Positions 47,871 through 57,916 of a stretch of DNA of 64,000 nt are shown here, in pieces. A model generated the notes under the pieces. That model was given only the letters and a program-made list of their open reading frames with translations. It did not search any database and was not told the origin of the DNA. How positions within the stretch are numbered: position 1 is the first letter of the stretch; each line of letters starts with the position of its first letter. Source of the DNA: Candidatus Caldarchaeum sp. (GTDB taxonomy: Archaea; Thermoproteota; Nitrososphaeria_A; Caldarchaeales; Caldarchaeaceae); NCBI GenBank assembly GCA_038885755.1, contig JAVZZH010000002.1, positions 32,001 through 96,000 of the forward strand, in the 5' to 3' direction. The translations under genes and the position numbers were made by a program.

Positions 47871-48761
47871 ATGAGGCTTAAAATAAGGTTTCACGGAAGG
47901 GGCGGGCAGGGGATAAAAACAGCGGGAAGAATAGTTGGGACCGCCGCCTTCCTCGAAGGGTATGCTGTTCAGGATTCGCCGATGTACGGTCCCGAGCGGA
48001 GGGGGGCTCACGTCATCTCGTTTGTGAGGATATCTGAAGACGGGGTTGGGGGAAGAGGCTACATCTTTGACCCTGACGCGGTTGTTGTAGCTGACACGTC
48101 GCTGCTAAGCCTTCAGCCCAGCCCTCTTCAAGGCTTGAAGGAAAGCGGCGTAGTTGTTCTAAACTCTCAGCGGAATGTTCCCCTAGTCCATGGATACGTT
48201 TCTGTAGTCTACGACGTTACGTCTTCGGCGTCTAGGCTACTGGGGATGAGGAGCGCCATAAGCTCCGGCGTGGCTGCGTTGGCATGCAAAGCCCTGGGAA
48301 TAGCGCGATGGAGCTCTGTTGAAGAAGCTGTTAAAGAGGAGGTGGCTGAGCTCGGGCTTAGGGATGAGCTGGTTGAGGCCAACATCAAGCTTGCTGAAGA
48401 ATGCTACATGAACCCGCCTACTGTCAAGCCGTCGATGGAAAACCATCGGCTACAGCCTACGGAAAGCAGAGTTGTTGAATTACCTTACGTTAGCCCAACC
48501 CTGTCGACAGCCATGATACTCAACCTCGGCAACACTGCTTTGAAAAAGACTGGTGCCTGGAGGGGTGCGACACCCGTCATCGACTATGTTAAATGCACCC
48601 GCTGCATGGTGTGTTTCGTATACTGCCCGGATTCATGCATATCGCTTGAGGATGACCTGACGCCGAAGATAGACTACGATAACTGCAAAGGCTGTCTGGT
48701 CTGCTTCACAGAATGCCCCATCAAAGCGATAAAGCTCGTTGAAGGAGGAAGCATCGCTTGA
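47871..48761 (+). CDS. 2-oxoacid:ferredoxin oxidoreductase gamma+delta fusion (PadE/PadF-like)
   Basis: RFHGRGGQG, YGPERRGA; C-terminal TGAWR + CTRCMVCFVYCP and CKGCLVCFTECP (2x[4Fe-4S]). Confidence 0.9.
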   Translation: MRLKIRFHGRGGQGIKTAGRIVGTAAFLEGYAVQDSPMYGPERRGAHVISFVRISEDGVGGRGYIFDPDAVVVADTSLLSLQPSPLQGLKESGVVVLNSQRNVPLVHGYVSVVYDVTSSASRLLGMRSAISSGVAALACKALGIARWSSVEEAVKEEVAELGLRDELVEANIKLAEECYMNPPTVKPSMENHRLQPTESRVVELPYVSPTLSTAMILNLGNTALKKTGAWRGATPVIDYVKCTRCMVCFVYCPDSCISLEDDLTPKIDYDNCKGCLVCFTECPIKAIKLVEGGSIA

Positions 48762-50014
48762 GGAAGATGCTGACTGGAAACTCAGCCGCAGCATGGGGTG
48801 CAAGGGTTTCGGACGTCGACTACGTAGCAGCATACCCTATAACCCCACAATCCGAGATAGTCGAGACGTTGTCTAAGTGGGTTGCGGAAGGCGTTATGAA
48901 AGCCAGGTTTGTGAACTTTGAGTCGGAGCATTCGATGATCACGGCGGCGGGCGCAGCATCCCTCACCGGTGCCCGATCGTTTACAGCGACTTCGAGCCAA
49001 GGCTTGTTTTACGCTTTTGAAGCGCTTTACACGGTTTCCGGATGGCGTGCCCCGATCGTGCTGGTCAACGTAGCTAGGGGAGTCGGCATGCCGATGGTTC
49101 TGCAGGTGGAGCACGGTGATGTTTTGGCGGCTAGGGACAGCGGCTTCATCCAACTTCACGCCGAAAACTGCCAAGAGGTGCTGGACTTCATACTTCTGGG
49201 CTACAGAGTTGGTGAAGACCATGAAGTTCTTCTGCCCGTGATAGTTAACATGGATGGCTTTGTCTTGTCGTTTGCACGAGAGCCTGTGGAAATACCTGAG
49301 AAGGAGTTGGTGGAGCAGTTTCTCCCCCAGTTCACGTATCCAAGGCCTCTGGGAGGAGATGAAGGCAGCATGGTTGCCTATGCGCCCACAGTAACTGAGG
49401 GAGCGCCTTACACGTTCTTCAAATACCAGCTACACACTGCAGCGCTTAGGGCTAGGGATGTTTTCAAAGAGGCTGCGAAGGATTTTCGGAAAACATTCGG
49501 CAGACAACACGACGTTGTTGAGAGGTTTATGATGGATGACGCCGAGTGCGCCCTAGTTTGTTCAAACTCATACAGCTCGATAATCAGGTCCGGCGTGGAA
49601 AGGTTAAGGAAAATGGGTTTGAAGGTTGGAATGGTTAGGCTGAAGATGGTAAGGCCTTTCCCGAGCGAGGAGCTGAGAGAAACGTTGTCGCCCGTGCATG
49701 CCGTGGCTGTCTTCGAGCAGAACATATCACCCGGTAAGGGAGGTGCCCTTTACCCTGAGATTGTCGAAGCCCTCTACCATTCGCAGCAAAAGCCATCCGC
49801 CATCGTATCCTTCATAGGAGGGCTTGGAGGAGCAAACATAGGCGAAGAAGAAGTCAGCTACATGGTCAAGTTTGCGATGGATGCTGCGAAGAAAGGCAAG
49901 ACACCGAAAGGACCTGTCCTAGTGTTCAGGGAAGATGATTGGATGAGGCTTAGAGAGTATCTCAGGACAGCGGGCATACCACCGGAGATGATCGAGGCGA
50001 TGCATCGTGTCTGA
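48758..50014 (+). CDS. 2-oxoacid:ferredoxin oxidoreductase alpha subunit (PadG-like)
   Basis: TGNSAAAWG, AYPITPQSEIVE, ESEHS, TATSSQGL, DGFVLS, RPFP, GGLGG. Confidence 0.9.
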   Translation: MRKMLTGNSAAAWGARVSDVDYVAAYPITPQSEIVETLSKWVAEGVMKARFVNFESEHSMITAAGAASLTGARSFTATSSQGLFYAFEALYTVSGWRAPIVLVNVARGVGMPMVLQVEHGDVLAARDSGFIQLHAENCQEVLDFILLGYRVGEDHEVLLPVIVNMDGFVLSFAREPVEIPEKELVEQFLPQFTYPRPLGGDEGSMVAYAPTVTEGAPYTFFKYQLHTAALRARDVFKEAAKDFRKTFGRQHDVVERFMMDDAECALVCSNSYSSIIRSGVERLRKMGLKVGMVRLKMVRPFPSEELRETLSPVHAVAVFEQNISPGKGGALYPEIVEALYHSQQKPSAIVSFIGGLGGANIGEEEVSYMVKFAMDAAKKGKTPKGPVLVFREDDWMRLREYLRTAGIPPEMIEAMHRV

Positions 50015-50918
50015 GCCGTCGGCTTTCAGAACGTTGAAAGACACGCCGCGAGCCGACTTTCTAACGCCCGGCTCCCCGCTTTGCGCAGGCTGTGGCGGAG
50101 AGCTTTTGCTAAGGCTGGCGTTGAAGGTTTTAGGGCCTAAAACTATTGTAGTCAGCGTACCAGGCTGCCTCGCCTTGCTGGAGCTCTATCCATACGTCTC
50201 TATAAGAAACCCGATGCTGTTCGCACCGTTCGGAGCGGGGCCGGCGGCTGCCCAAGGCTTGGTTGACGGAATACTGGCTAAGGTTGAGAAGGGAAAGAGA
50301 CGCGACACGGATGCAAAAGTGCTGCTGTTAACAGGCGACGGAGCTGCCTATGACATAGGGTTGCAGGCGACGTCGGGAGCCATACACAGAGGGCTTGACT
50401 TCTACTACCTTGTCTACGACAACGAAGCCTACGGTAACACGGGCTTCCAGTTCTCGAGCGCCACACTGCCATACTCCTGGACTTCGACAACCCCTGATGG
50501 AAACCTAAGCAGCAAAAAGGATTTGTTCGAGATATGGAGGGCCCACAGGCCGCCCTACATCGCTACGGTGGCGGCTTCAAGGCCTGTTGACCTGCTGAAA
50601 AAGTTTGAGAAAGCCACGAAGATTAAAGGCCCGAAGCTTTTCATAGGTCTTGGCGTATGCCCCACAGGATGGGGTGCTGACCCAAGCATAATGATAAGGC
50701 TGGACAAGCTGGCCGTTGAGACGGGAGTTTTCCCGCTTAAAGAAGCCGTCGACGGAGTGGTCAGACACACCTACATACCGAAGAACAGGAAGCCGGTGGA
50801 GGAGTACCTTAAGTTGCAGAAAAGGTTTGAACACCTGTTTAAGCCGGTGAAGCGCGACGATATAATCCAGCAGATACAGCGTCAAGTCGACAGCTACTGG
50901 ATGAACGTCAAAGAGTAG
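50007..50918 (+). CDS. 2-oxoacid:ferredoxin oxidoreductase beta (TPP-binding) subunit (PadI-like)
   Basis: LCAGCG, PGC, GDGAAYDIG, YDNEAYGNTGFQ, CPTGW, AVETG.FPL. Confidence 0.9.
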   Translation: MSEPSAFRTLKDTPRADFLTPGSPLCAGCGGELLLRLALKVLGPKTIVVSVPGCLALLELYPYVSIRNPMLFAPFGAGPAAAQGLVDGILAKVEKGKRRDTDAKVLLLTGDGAAYDIGLQATSGAIHRGLDFYYLVYDNEAYGNTGFQFSSATLPYSWTSTTPDGNLSSKKDLFEIWRAHRPPYIATVAASRPVDLLKKFEKATKIKGPKLFIGLGVCPTGWGADPSIMIRLDKLAVETGVFPLKEAVDGVVRHTYIPKNRKPVEEYLKLQKRFEHLFKPVKRDDIIQQIQRQVDSYWMNVKE

Positions 50919-51150
50919 GGCCCACAGGCATCATGTGAGAGAGTTGTGCCTGACGTAGCAGGCTCCGTGAAAAAGTTCAGACATTCTCCGAGGAGCTATG
51001 AGTTAAGCATGGGCTGGAGAAATGACGGCCGGCATGCGCCAGCCTCCAACTCAACCCGACGAGGACCGGTGGACTGCGAAGAATCGGCAGTTTAACGTAA
51101 GCCACCGCCTACCTGTTCAGGAAACGGTTGCGACCGTAATTTGACAGAGG

Positions 51151-51927
51151 TCACGGCTCCAGAGGAGGTAATACGGGCAGCTTGTAGGACATACGGATGA
51201 TAACCACGTACTTGAAGAGGCTGGAGCTTAGGAGAAGCATGGCTCCCGCTAGAAGCATGGAAGTGGGAGACGATGCGACAGCAACGGCCGCGGCAGCCAT
51301 TGAAAACAACAGGTAAACCAAGTTGCCTTCAGCCTTAAGCGATTGTTTAAAGTATTTCGTGGCTCCGGGCCACGTCGCGTAAGAGGCGCCAAGGACAATC
51401 GTCGACAAGCCGAGCAAGATAGGTGCTGTGGGGTTTTGGATTTTGTTGAGAACCGCTGCTATTCCTAAGCCTGCTGAGAGGCTTAAAACAACGAACAACG
51501 GAGGCGTGGCAGGCGTGTTCCAGCTGGGTATCTTCTTGGCCGCAGCCAGCATAAACCCTTGGCTGACGACGTAGGCGGCTGAACAAAACCAAGCCAACGT
51601 CTTGAACAACACGCTGGGCCGCAGAACATCTAGGACAGAAAACAAAACGAACCCCGTCGCGAAAACAGCCTCCCTCGACATCCACGAGTGTCTGAAGTTG
51701 CGGAACACGTGGAAAGCTTTCGTCGGATTTCCAGCCTCAAGACCCACGAATGCAAGTCCCGCTGCAATAAGGCCGGCCGACGCCAGAGTCAGAGGAAGAT
51801 CGGTTAAGCCTGTTAGGAAGGCTACAGCATACAGACCGCCACCGGCCCCGCCTACTAGAAAGTTTCCTAGAGCCAGCCACTCCCACACACGCTGCTTCTC
51901 GAGGGGGTAGGAAGCCATGCGGTTCAC
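51151..51927 (-). CDS. padD: Membrane anchor (DmsC/NrfD-like) of phenylacetyl-CoA:acceptor oxidoreductase
   Basis: Q..WEW.A.GNF..GGAGGGL, LEAG.P..A..VF.N...SWMSREA, IPSW; about 8 TM. Confidence 0.8.
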   Translation of the reverse strand: MNRMASYPLEKQRVWEWLALGNFLVGGAGGGLYAVAFLTGLTDLPLTLASAGLIAAGLAFVGLEAGNPTKAFHVFRNFRHSWMSREAVFATGFVLFSVLDVLRPSVLFKTLAWFCSAAYVVSQGFMLAAAKKIPSWNTPATPPLFVVLSLSAGLGIAAVLNKIQNPTAPILLGLSTIVLGASYATWPGATKYFKQSLKAEGNLVYLLFSMAAAAVAVASSPTSMLLAGAMLLLSSSLFKYVVIIRMSYKLPVLPPLEP

Positions 51928-52562
51928 CAGACGTAATAGACGGATGGCTCGGTGTCCATGTCGGTCAAAAGCCTGAATGCTCTTTTCCGCCGTATCATGG
52001 TGGAGACCTCGCTCTCCGGGTCGTCTAAGTCGCCGAAGAACAAGGCCCTCGCTATGCAGGAGTTGACGCAGACAGGTGTTGCGTCTGGGTCTCTGCCTGG
52101 GACAAGGTTGTTGGCAAGCCCGTAGTCTATCCTATCCATGCAGAAATCGCACTTGGTGCAGACACCTACCTTATCAGCTAAAGGGCTCAGCTTCTCAGGC
52201 TGTGTTGTTTCATCAAAGTATTCTTTCCTACCTTTCAACAACCACCTAGCCTCGTATGGGCATGCCAGTATGCAGTATCCGCAGCCGATGCATTTGTTGT
52301 AGTCTATGTATACTATTCCATCGCCACGTCTTTGGGTTGCTGTTGTCGGGCATACGGTTAAGCACGGCGGTTTCTCGCAGTGCATGCAGTGGAGAGGTAG
52401 GAAAATCCTTGTGGCGTTAGGGTAGGCTCCAAGCTCAACATCTCTAACAAACCTCCAGAAGATGCCGGGCGGGGTTCCGTTGTCTAGCTTGCAGGCGATG
52501 GTGCATGTCTGACAGCCAACGCATTTACGCAGGTCTATGACCATCCCCCACCTAGCCATCAT
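51924..52562 (-). CDS. padC: 4x[4Fe-4S] subunit of phenylacetyl-CoA:acceptor oxidoreductase
   Basis: RWGMVIDLRKCVGCQTCTIACK, CMHCEKPPC..VCPT, CIGCGYCILACPY, KCDFC, PG.DPDATP.CVNSC. Confidence 0.85.
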   Translation of the reverse strand: MMARWGMVIDLRKCVGCQTCTIACKLDNGTPPGIFWRFVRDVELGAYPNATRIFLPLHCMHCEKPPCLTVCPTTATQRRGDGIVYIDYNKCIGCGYCILACPYEARWLLKGRKEYFDETTQPEKLSPLADKVGVCTKCDFCMDRIDYGLANNLVPGRDPDATPVCVNSCIARALFFGDLDDPESEVSTMIRRKRAFRLLTDMDTEPSVYYVW

Positions 52563-55282
52563 CGCCCCACCTTCTCAACTCTCACTTTCACGAGGTCTGC
52601 TCCGCTGCCAGTGCCGTCGGTGGTCTCTAAAGCTATCGGAACAAGCCTGTTCATGTTGGGCGCGTCTATGTTTTTTGGGACGGGGGTCACCCAGTGTCCG
52701 AACTGCTGCACCGCAACCAGTGTATCAGGTCTTATGCCTTTTCTCAACAAAACCCTGCCTCTAACCCTGCCTATGGGCGACTCTATTAAGACCTCGTCCC
52801 CTGTCTTCAGCCCGAGCCTTCTGCCAGCCTCCTCGTTCATCATCACAGCATTATGGCCCATGACGTGTTTTGAAACATCGGCGAGGACCGGTATGGCCAC
52901 GTTAGCACCCCAAGCATATTGCATGCTCCTGCTTGTTACAAGCCAGAACGGATAGTCCTCGGGCCTCTTGCCGTAAAGCTTCGGCAGGTTCTCAAAGATT
53001 TCTGGAAAATCCTCCCACCCGGGCATGGCTTCGTACTCCTCCAGCTGCTTATCCCACCATCTTATCCCACGCTCGTGAAGACGTCTTTTAAGCTCCTGCC
53101 CAACCCGCATAACCCTTTCTTGGTAGGGAAGCTCGTACCTAAGCTTCTTGGCTACCATTACTGGATGTAGGTACCAGTTGACGCGTCTGAAGGGTATCAG
53201 GTAAGCGCCGTTTTTCCTAAACCATTCAAGCCCGTGCTCATGCCGGCCGTTGCTCAAAGTCATCGTGGCCGCCCTGCACAGCCTGTCCCATATCTCGTAA
53301 GACTTGTACTTCCTTTCTGGGTCTAGGCTGTAGTCGTATAAAGGCGTCCTAAGCCTGAAGCCCAGCACGCCGTTGTTTATCGCCTCGTTATACTCTCTCA
53401 GAAGACCTGTTCTGTCAGCCAGCTCCGTAGCTATGTCGGTGAGGTCCATCGTGTTGTATGGAGGTTCGGCTACGGGCTGTCGGACGGCGACGCCCGTGTA
53501 TTCCCAGAACTGCTCCTGATAGCTCGTCCCCCCGACTCTGAACAGCTGATAGCTTTCGAGGTCGACGTTGTCTGGGAGAAGGACGTCCGCAAACCAGTTT
53601 GTCTCGTCATACGTGTAGGCGAAGGCGGCTATGAATGGAAAATCCTCTAAACACTTGGCCACGAGCTCCGGCTCCCAGCTGGATATGAGTGGGTTCGTCC
53701 TGTATATCATCCAAACATCGGGAGGAGTTGGCCTAGGCCAGTTCTCCGGAGCCTGCTTCATGAAAAGCCAGGGTAGATGAGCCGGCCCCAACGCTTGGCT
53801 CCAGGACGAGTCGAGCACCAAAGGGCTTAGGGTTTTGTAGGCGTTCCTGACGCGTGGGGTGGCCTCCCAGTGCTCTCTGTCGGTCGGGTTCAAGCTCTGG
53901 GCCATGAACCCGTCCTCGCCTATCCTAACGCTCTCAAGCCTGTCGAACACAGGCCTGTTGAGCCTTATGGTGACGCCTAAGATGGAGCCAGGTACCTCGA
54001 CGGCTCCGACCAGAGACTGTAAAACTGTTCTCGCCCACACCGCTTGGTAGGCTCCCCAGCCGTTAGACACCGTTTTTCCAAGCAGTATGGCCACAGGCCT
54101 TAAAGGCATCTTCAAGCCGTCTACCGTCACAGTCGCGCCAACCATTGCGTTGTCTACAAACTCTTTCGCAAGCCTCCGGATGGTTGACGGGCTTACGTCG
54201 CAGATTTCGCCAGCCCATTCGGGCGTGTAGCTCTTCACATGCTCCACAAGCTTCGTAAAAGCTGTTTTGCCGACTACATCTGTATGTTCTATAACTTCCT
54301 TGTCAGGCCCTACTTCAACAGCTTTCTTAACGGTGAACTCGCCGTAAAGCGCGGGGCTGTGGATTGTTTTGTCGTCGAAGGTTTTTGCAGAGCTGCTCAC
54401 CGTATCCCATATGAAAGGCCTGTGTGTAGACGGGTCGCGTAAGTAGTATCCGTTAGGACCTATGAGATATGGGCTGCTGGTCCTGTTCTTGAGAAAATCT
54501 AGGTCGCATACCTTCTCCCATCCCAGCTCATGCAGAACCGTGTACAGCATGGCGTAGAGGAATGCCGCATCAGTCTTCGGCTTTATCGGAATCCACTCGT
54601 CCGCCGTGGCTCCGGTGACCGAGAGATGCGGCTCAACCTGAACCCATTTCATGCCCGCAGCCCTAGCCTCAGCGTTGCGCCAAACACCTGTGACGCCGCC
54701 TGCAGCGTTGTCGTTATGGCCGAAGGAGATAACAAGCCTTGTGTAAGGTGTGTCGTGGGCGACGATGAACGACCTATGCCAGTACTCGCCGAAAAGATGT
54801 TCTGTGTGGTAGCATTTAACTCCCTGACCGCTTCCGAGGCTGAAGTCTATCGGCCCCCAAGCCGCGAAGAAGGCGTTGAGCGTGCCGAAGTAGGCTTGAG
54901 GGGTGCCGGCGCCGCCGAGGGTTACCGCGAACCTTGGATAGCCAGCGCCATCCACCAACCCCTTCATCCTTATTTCGGAAAGCTTCTCGGCGACGATGTC
55001 GAGGGCTTCATTCCACGAAACCGGAGTCCAGTGAGGGTTTTCGCCTAGACCTTTCCGACTGTTCCCCCTCACCATAGGCTGCTTGACGCGTTTAGGGTTG
55101 TACATCTTCTGAACAAGCCCGTAGGCTTTAACACAGACCCTGCCCCCTGCGGGATGTTTGTCGGCGAAGTCAAAGTTGGGCTCCACCCCCACCGGAACAC
55201 CATCCTTGACAACAACTTTTAGGAGGTCGGGGCCGCATACGCATTGGTAGCAGTATGTCGGCACCTTGGTTATAGTAACCAT
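52559..55282 (-). CDS. padB: Molybdopterin catalytic subunit of phenylacetyl-CoA:acceptor oxidoreductase
   Basis: KVPTYCYQCV.GPDLL, EPNF, HP..GRVCVKAYGLVQK.YNP, GSGQGVKC.H.EHL.GE.WHR.F, RSMQYAWGAN, TD.TGSGAD; no Tat signal. Confidence 0.87.
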   Translation of the reverse strand: MVTITKVPTYCYQCVCGPDLLKVVVKDGVPVGVEPNFDFADKHPAGGRVCVKAYGLVQKMYNPKRVKQPMVRGNSRKGLGENPHWTPVSWNEALDIVAEKLSEIRMKGLVDGAGYPRFAVTLGGAGTPQAYFGTLNAFFAAWGPIDFSLGSGQGVKCYHTEHLFGEYWHRSFIVAHDTPYTRLVISFGHNDNAAGGVTGVWRNAEARAAGMKWVQVEPHLSVTGATADEWIPIKPKTDAAFLYAMLYTVLHELGWEKVCDLDFLKNRTSSPYLIGPNGYYLRDPSTHRPFIWDTVSSSAKTFDDKTIHSPALYGEFTVKKAVEVGPDKEVIEHTDVVGKTAFTKLVEHVKSYTPEWAGEICDVSPSTIRRLAKEFVDNAMVGATVTVDGLKMPLRPVAILLGKTVSNGWGAYQAVWARTVLQSLVGAVEVPGSILGVTIRLNRPVFDRLESVRIGEDGFMAQSLNPTDREHWEATPRVRNAYKTLSPLVLDSSWSQALGPAHLPWLFMKQAPENWPRPTPPDVWMIYRTNPLISSWEPELVAKCLEDFPFIAAFAYTYDETNWFADVLLPDNVDLESYQLFRVGGTSYQEQFWEYTGVAVRQPVAEPPYNTMDLTDIATELADRTGLLREYNEAINNGVLGFRLRTPLYDYSLDPERKYKSYEIWDRLCRAATMTLSNGRHEHGLEWFRKNGAYLIPFRRVNWYLHPVMVAKKLRYELPYQERVMRVGQELKRRLHERGIRWWDKQLEEYEAMPGWEDFPEIFENLPKLYGKRPEDYPFWLVTSRSMQYAWGANVAIPVLADVSKHVMGHNAVMMNEEAGRRLGLKTGDEVLIESPIGRVRGRVLLRKGIRPDTLVAVQQFGHWVTPVPKNIDAPNMNRLVPIALETTDGTGSGADLVKVRVEKVGR

Positions 55283-55330
55283 GTCAAGGCACTATATGTT
55301 TGATGATAGCTTATATTATTTTAATTCTAT

Positions 55331-56404
55331 TTATATAGATTCCAAACTCAAAACAGTCCCCAACGGCTGAGTCCTCAACGGGCTGAGTATCCTGTTGGCG
55401 GCCGCGTCGGCTATGGCGATGCTGTAGCCAGCTATCCTCCTTATGTCTCTAAGTATGAAGAGAAGGGTCATCGCCTGCTCGATGTCTTTCACACTGTGTA
55501 TTATGTCTAGGCTGAGCCTCTCCTCGTAGAATTTCACGTCCTGTATAAGGTTGCTGACCCTCATGACGCTGTTGAAGTCTTTGTCTATGAAGGCTTCAAT
55601 CGCACGCTGCTGCATGAACTGAACCATTTCAGACAAAGGGACTATCTGAGGAAGCATCTTCAAGACAGTTATCCTACGGCCAAGCCTGATGAGATTCTTC
55701 GATATGTAGAGGGCGTGGTAGAATATTCTATGCAGGTCTCTGGCCAGCAGCACATACGTTATCAGCTCGTTGCTGTCCCTAATCCCGCAACAGTAAGCTA
55801 TCTCGGGGTTCATGCTGCTCAACGACAGATGCCTAATCAGCTTACGGTAGATCCTCAGCATGTCCGGCTCACGGTTCGTAACCTCCAGCGCAAGCCTTAG
55901 GTTGTTTTCAGTAAGAGCGCGGATAGAATCCCTGTGGGTGTGGAGCGCCATGTCATGTATAGTTAGCACAATGTCGTCGATTTTCTCCTTCACAACGTCT
56001 GTGATAACGCTGTAAACAACTTTGTTGGAGTCTTCATGGCTTATCTCTACACCCGGCATCTCAAGCCTCATCTCCCTGAGCTTCTTCTTTTTGTCCGACG
56101 ACATCGGACGGGACGATTTCACGATGAGCGTGTAGGCGCCCTGCATGTAGTATGTTAGAAGACAGTATCTAACCGACCGCGTGTCGTCAAACCTGTCCAA
56201 ATCTATTTCAACAGTCTTCTTCATCTTAGGCGAATCTTTGAAGGACAAACGGAGGGAGTAGCCGTCCTCCACCGTGAACAGCCTCGCACCCTTTTCAACC
56301 TCATACTTGTCCACCCACCACTTGGGTAGAGTTACTGTATAGCTGCCTCCCCTGATCAGCTGTAGGACGCGGAGGCCAGGTCTGTGGGGAACAACCCTGC
56401 CCAT
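55331..56404 (-). CDS. AbrB + PhoU-like domain transcriptional regulator (divergent from paaK)
   Basis: RVLQLIRGGSYTVTLPKWWV, YYMQGA, RDL.R..YH, RDIRRIAGYSIAIAD.AANR. Confidence 0.86.
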   Translation of the reverse strand: MGRVVPHRPGLRVLQLIRGGSYTVTLPKWWVDKYEVEKGARLFTVEDGYSLRLSFKDSPKMKKTVEIDLDRFDDTRSVRYCLLTYYMQGAYTLIVKSSRPMSSDKKKKLREMRLEMPGVEISHEDSNKVVYSVITDVVKEKIDDIVLTIHDMALHTHRDSIRALTENNLRLALEVTNREPDMLRIYRKLIRHLSLSSMNPEIAYCCGIRDSNELITYVLLARDLHRIFYHALYISKNLIRLGRRITVLKMLPQIVPLSEMVQFMQQRAIEAFIDKDFNSVMRVSNLIQDVKFYEERLSLDIIHSVKDIEQAMTLLFILRDIRRIAGYSIAIADAAANRILSPLRTQPLGTVLSLESI

Positions 56405-56592
56405 TGTTCATTGTTCGCGCCGACAACATTATTATAATTTGCGGATTTTTTCCGATTTTTGCCGAACTAATGCGGGGAAAAAACAAAGGTTTATCGAAAA
56501 AGTGAAAAGTTATGTAAAAGTGTTGCGTCAATTATATTATTTGATTTAATTGTTTAAAATACAGTGATAAACTTCAATGTTTGCGCAGCAAA
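56405..56592. promoter_or_regulatory. AT-rich divergent promoter region (regulator / paaK)
   Basis: Very AT-rich spacer with ATTATTAT tracts, TTTAAA TATA-like elements and a short inverted repeat CGGA-N5-TCCG. Confidence 0.55.
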
Positions 56593-57915
56593 ATGGTGGG
56601 AAGAACACAGTACTGGGAGCCTAACTTAGAGACCGCCGGGCGGAATGAAATAAGGGAGCTTCAGCTGAAACGCCTGAGGTTCATCCTCCGATACGTGTAC
56701 GAGCACAGCCCGTTCTATAGACGTAGGTTTAACGAGGCAGGTGTAAAGCCGGAAGACGTGAAGAACCTAGACGACGTCAGAAAACTCCCCTTCACAACGA
56801 AAGACGACCTACGACTCTATAGCTACCCCTACGGCGGCGATTTTCTATGCGTGCCGAGGGAGGAGCTCATCTGCTGGCACATGACTTCGGGGACGACGGG
56901 CAAGCCTACTGTAGGCCCATACACATTAAAAGACTATGAGACATGGATGAACCTGATGGCTAGGTGTTTGGTGGCATGCGGTGTGCGGAAAGGGGACATA
57001 ATGCTAAACATTTACGGCTACGGTCTGTTTACAGGCGGGCTTGGCTTCCACCAGTCAGCACATCTCGTGGGTGCAGCCGTCATCCCATGGAGTGTCGGAA
57101 GAACAGAGGCATTGATACAGACGTTGAAGGATTTCCAGCCAACTGTTATGACAGGCACGCCGTCATACAACCTCTACATAGCTGAGCAGATGCGTAAGCA
57201 AGGCGTGAAGCCGAACGACATATCGCTGAGGATAACCATCAACGGAGCCGAGATGTGGACGGAGGAGACTAGGAAGAGAATAGAGGAAGGGTTTGGGCTC
57301 AGGGAAAGAGGCGGAGGAGCGATGAACATTTACGGCGCAACCGAGGTTTTCGGCCCGGGCAGCGGGGTGGAATGCGAGCAGCAGCAGGGCTTTCACTTCT
57401 GGATAGACCATTTCATCCTAGAGCTTGTAGACCCGGAGACGCTTGAGCCTGTGCAGCCCGGCGAGAGAGGGGAGATGGTTGTGACTACGTTGACAAAGGA
57501 GGGAATGCCATTAATCAGATACAGGATGAGGGACGTAACCGTATTAGACGACAGCGGATGCGAATGCGGCAGAGACGCCTTCCCGAGATGCAAATGGATC
57601 ACGGGCAGGGTTGACGACGTAATCCACTACAAGGGTGCTAAAATATGGCCGAGCACCATTCAGGAAACCCTACTAGGGTTTCCGGAAGTGCTGGAATACC
57701 AGGTCCTAGTTGATAAATCACCTGCCTCAGGACAGTTCACCATACGGGTTGAGTTAGACAAAGAGAAAGATGGTATGGAAAAAAGAGAGAAAATAGTTTC
57801 CGAGCTACGTAAAAACCTGTTCTTCATAAACCCGCACATAGAGTTCGTGCCCGAGGGAACACTTCCACGCTACGAAGGCAAGTCGAAGAGGATAATTGTA
57901 AAAGAGGTGATGTAG
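56593..57915 (+). CDS. paaK: Phenylacetate--CoA ligase
   Basis: LQLKRL, LPFTTKDDLR..YPYG, H.TSGTTGKPT, YGYGLFTGGLGFH, GAEMW, IYGATE..GPG, RYRMRD, GRVDD, LPRYEGK. Confidence 0.93.
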   Translation: MVGRTQYWEPNLETAGRNEIRELQLKRLRFILRYVYEHSPFYRRRFNEAGVKPEDVKNLDDVRKLPFTTKDDLRLYSYPYGGDFLCVPREELICWHMTSGTTGKPTVGPYTLKDYETWMNLMARCLVACGVRKGDIMLNIYGYGLFTGGLGFHQSAHLVGAAVIPWSVGRTEALIQTLKDFQPTVMTGTPSYNLYIAEQMRKQGVKPNDISLRITINGAEMWTEETRKRIEEGFGLRERGGGAMNIYGATEVFGPGSGVECEQQQGFHFWIDHFILELVDPETLEPVQPGERGEMVVTTLTKEGMPLIRYRMRDVTVLDDSGCECGRDAFPRCKWITGRVDDVIHYKGAKIWPSTIQETLLGFPEVLEYQVLVDKSPASGQFTIRVELDKEKDGMEKREKIVSELRKNLFFINPHIEFVPEGTLPRYEGKSKRIIVKEVM

Positions 57916-57916
57916 C

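Noticed and set aside
50919-51150. Possible sRNA in the 230-bp gap between convergent operons
   Set aside because: Only a short CAGGCA/TGCCTG stem; no convincing C/D boxes or tRNA fold.
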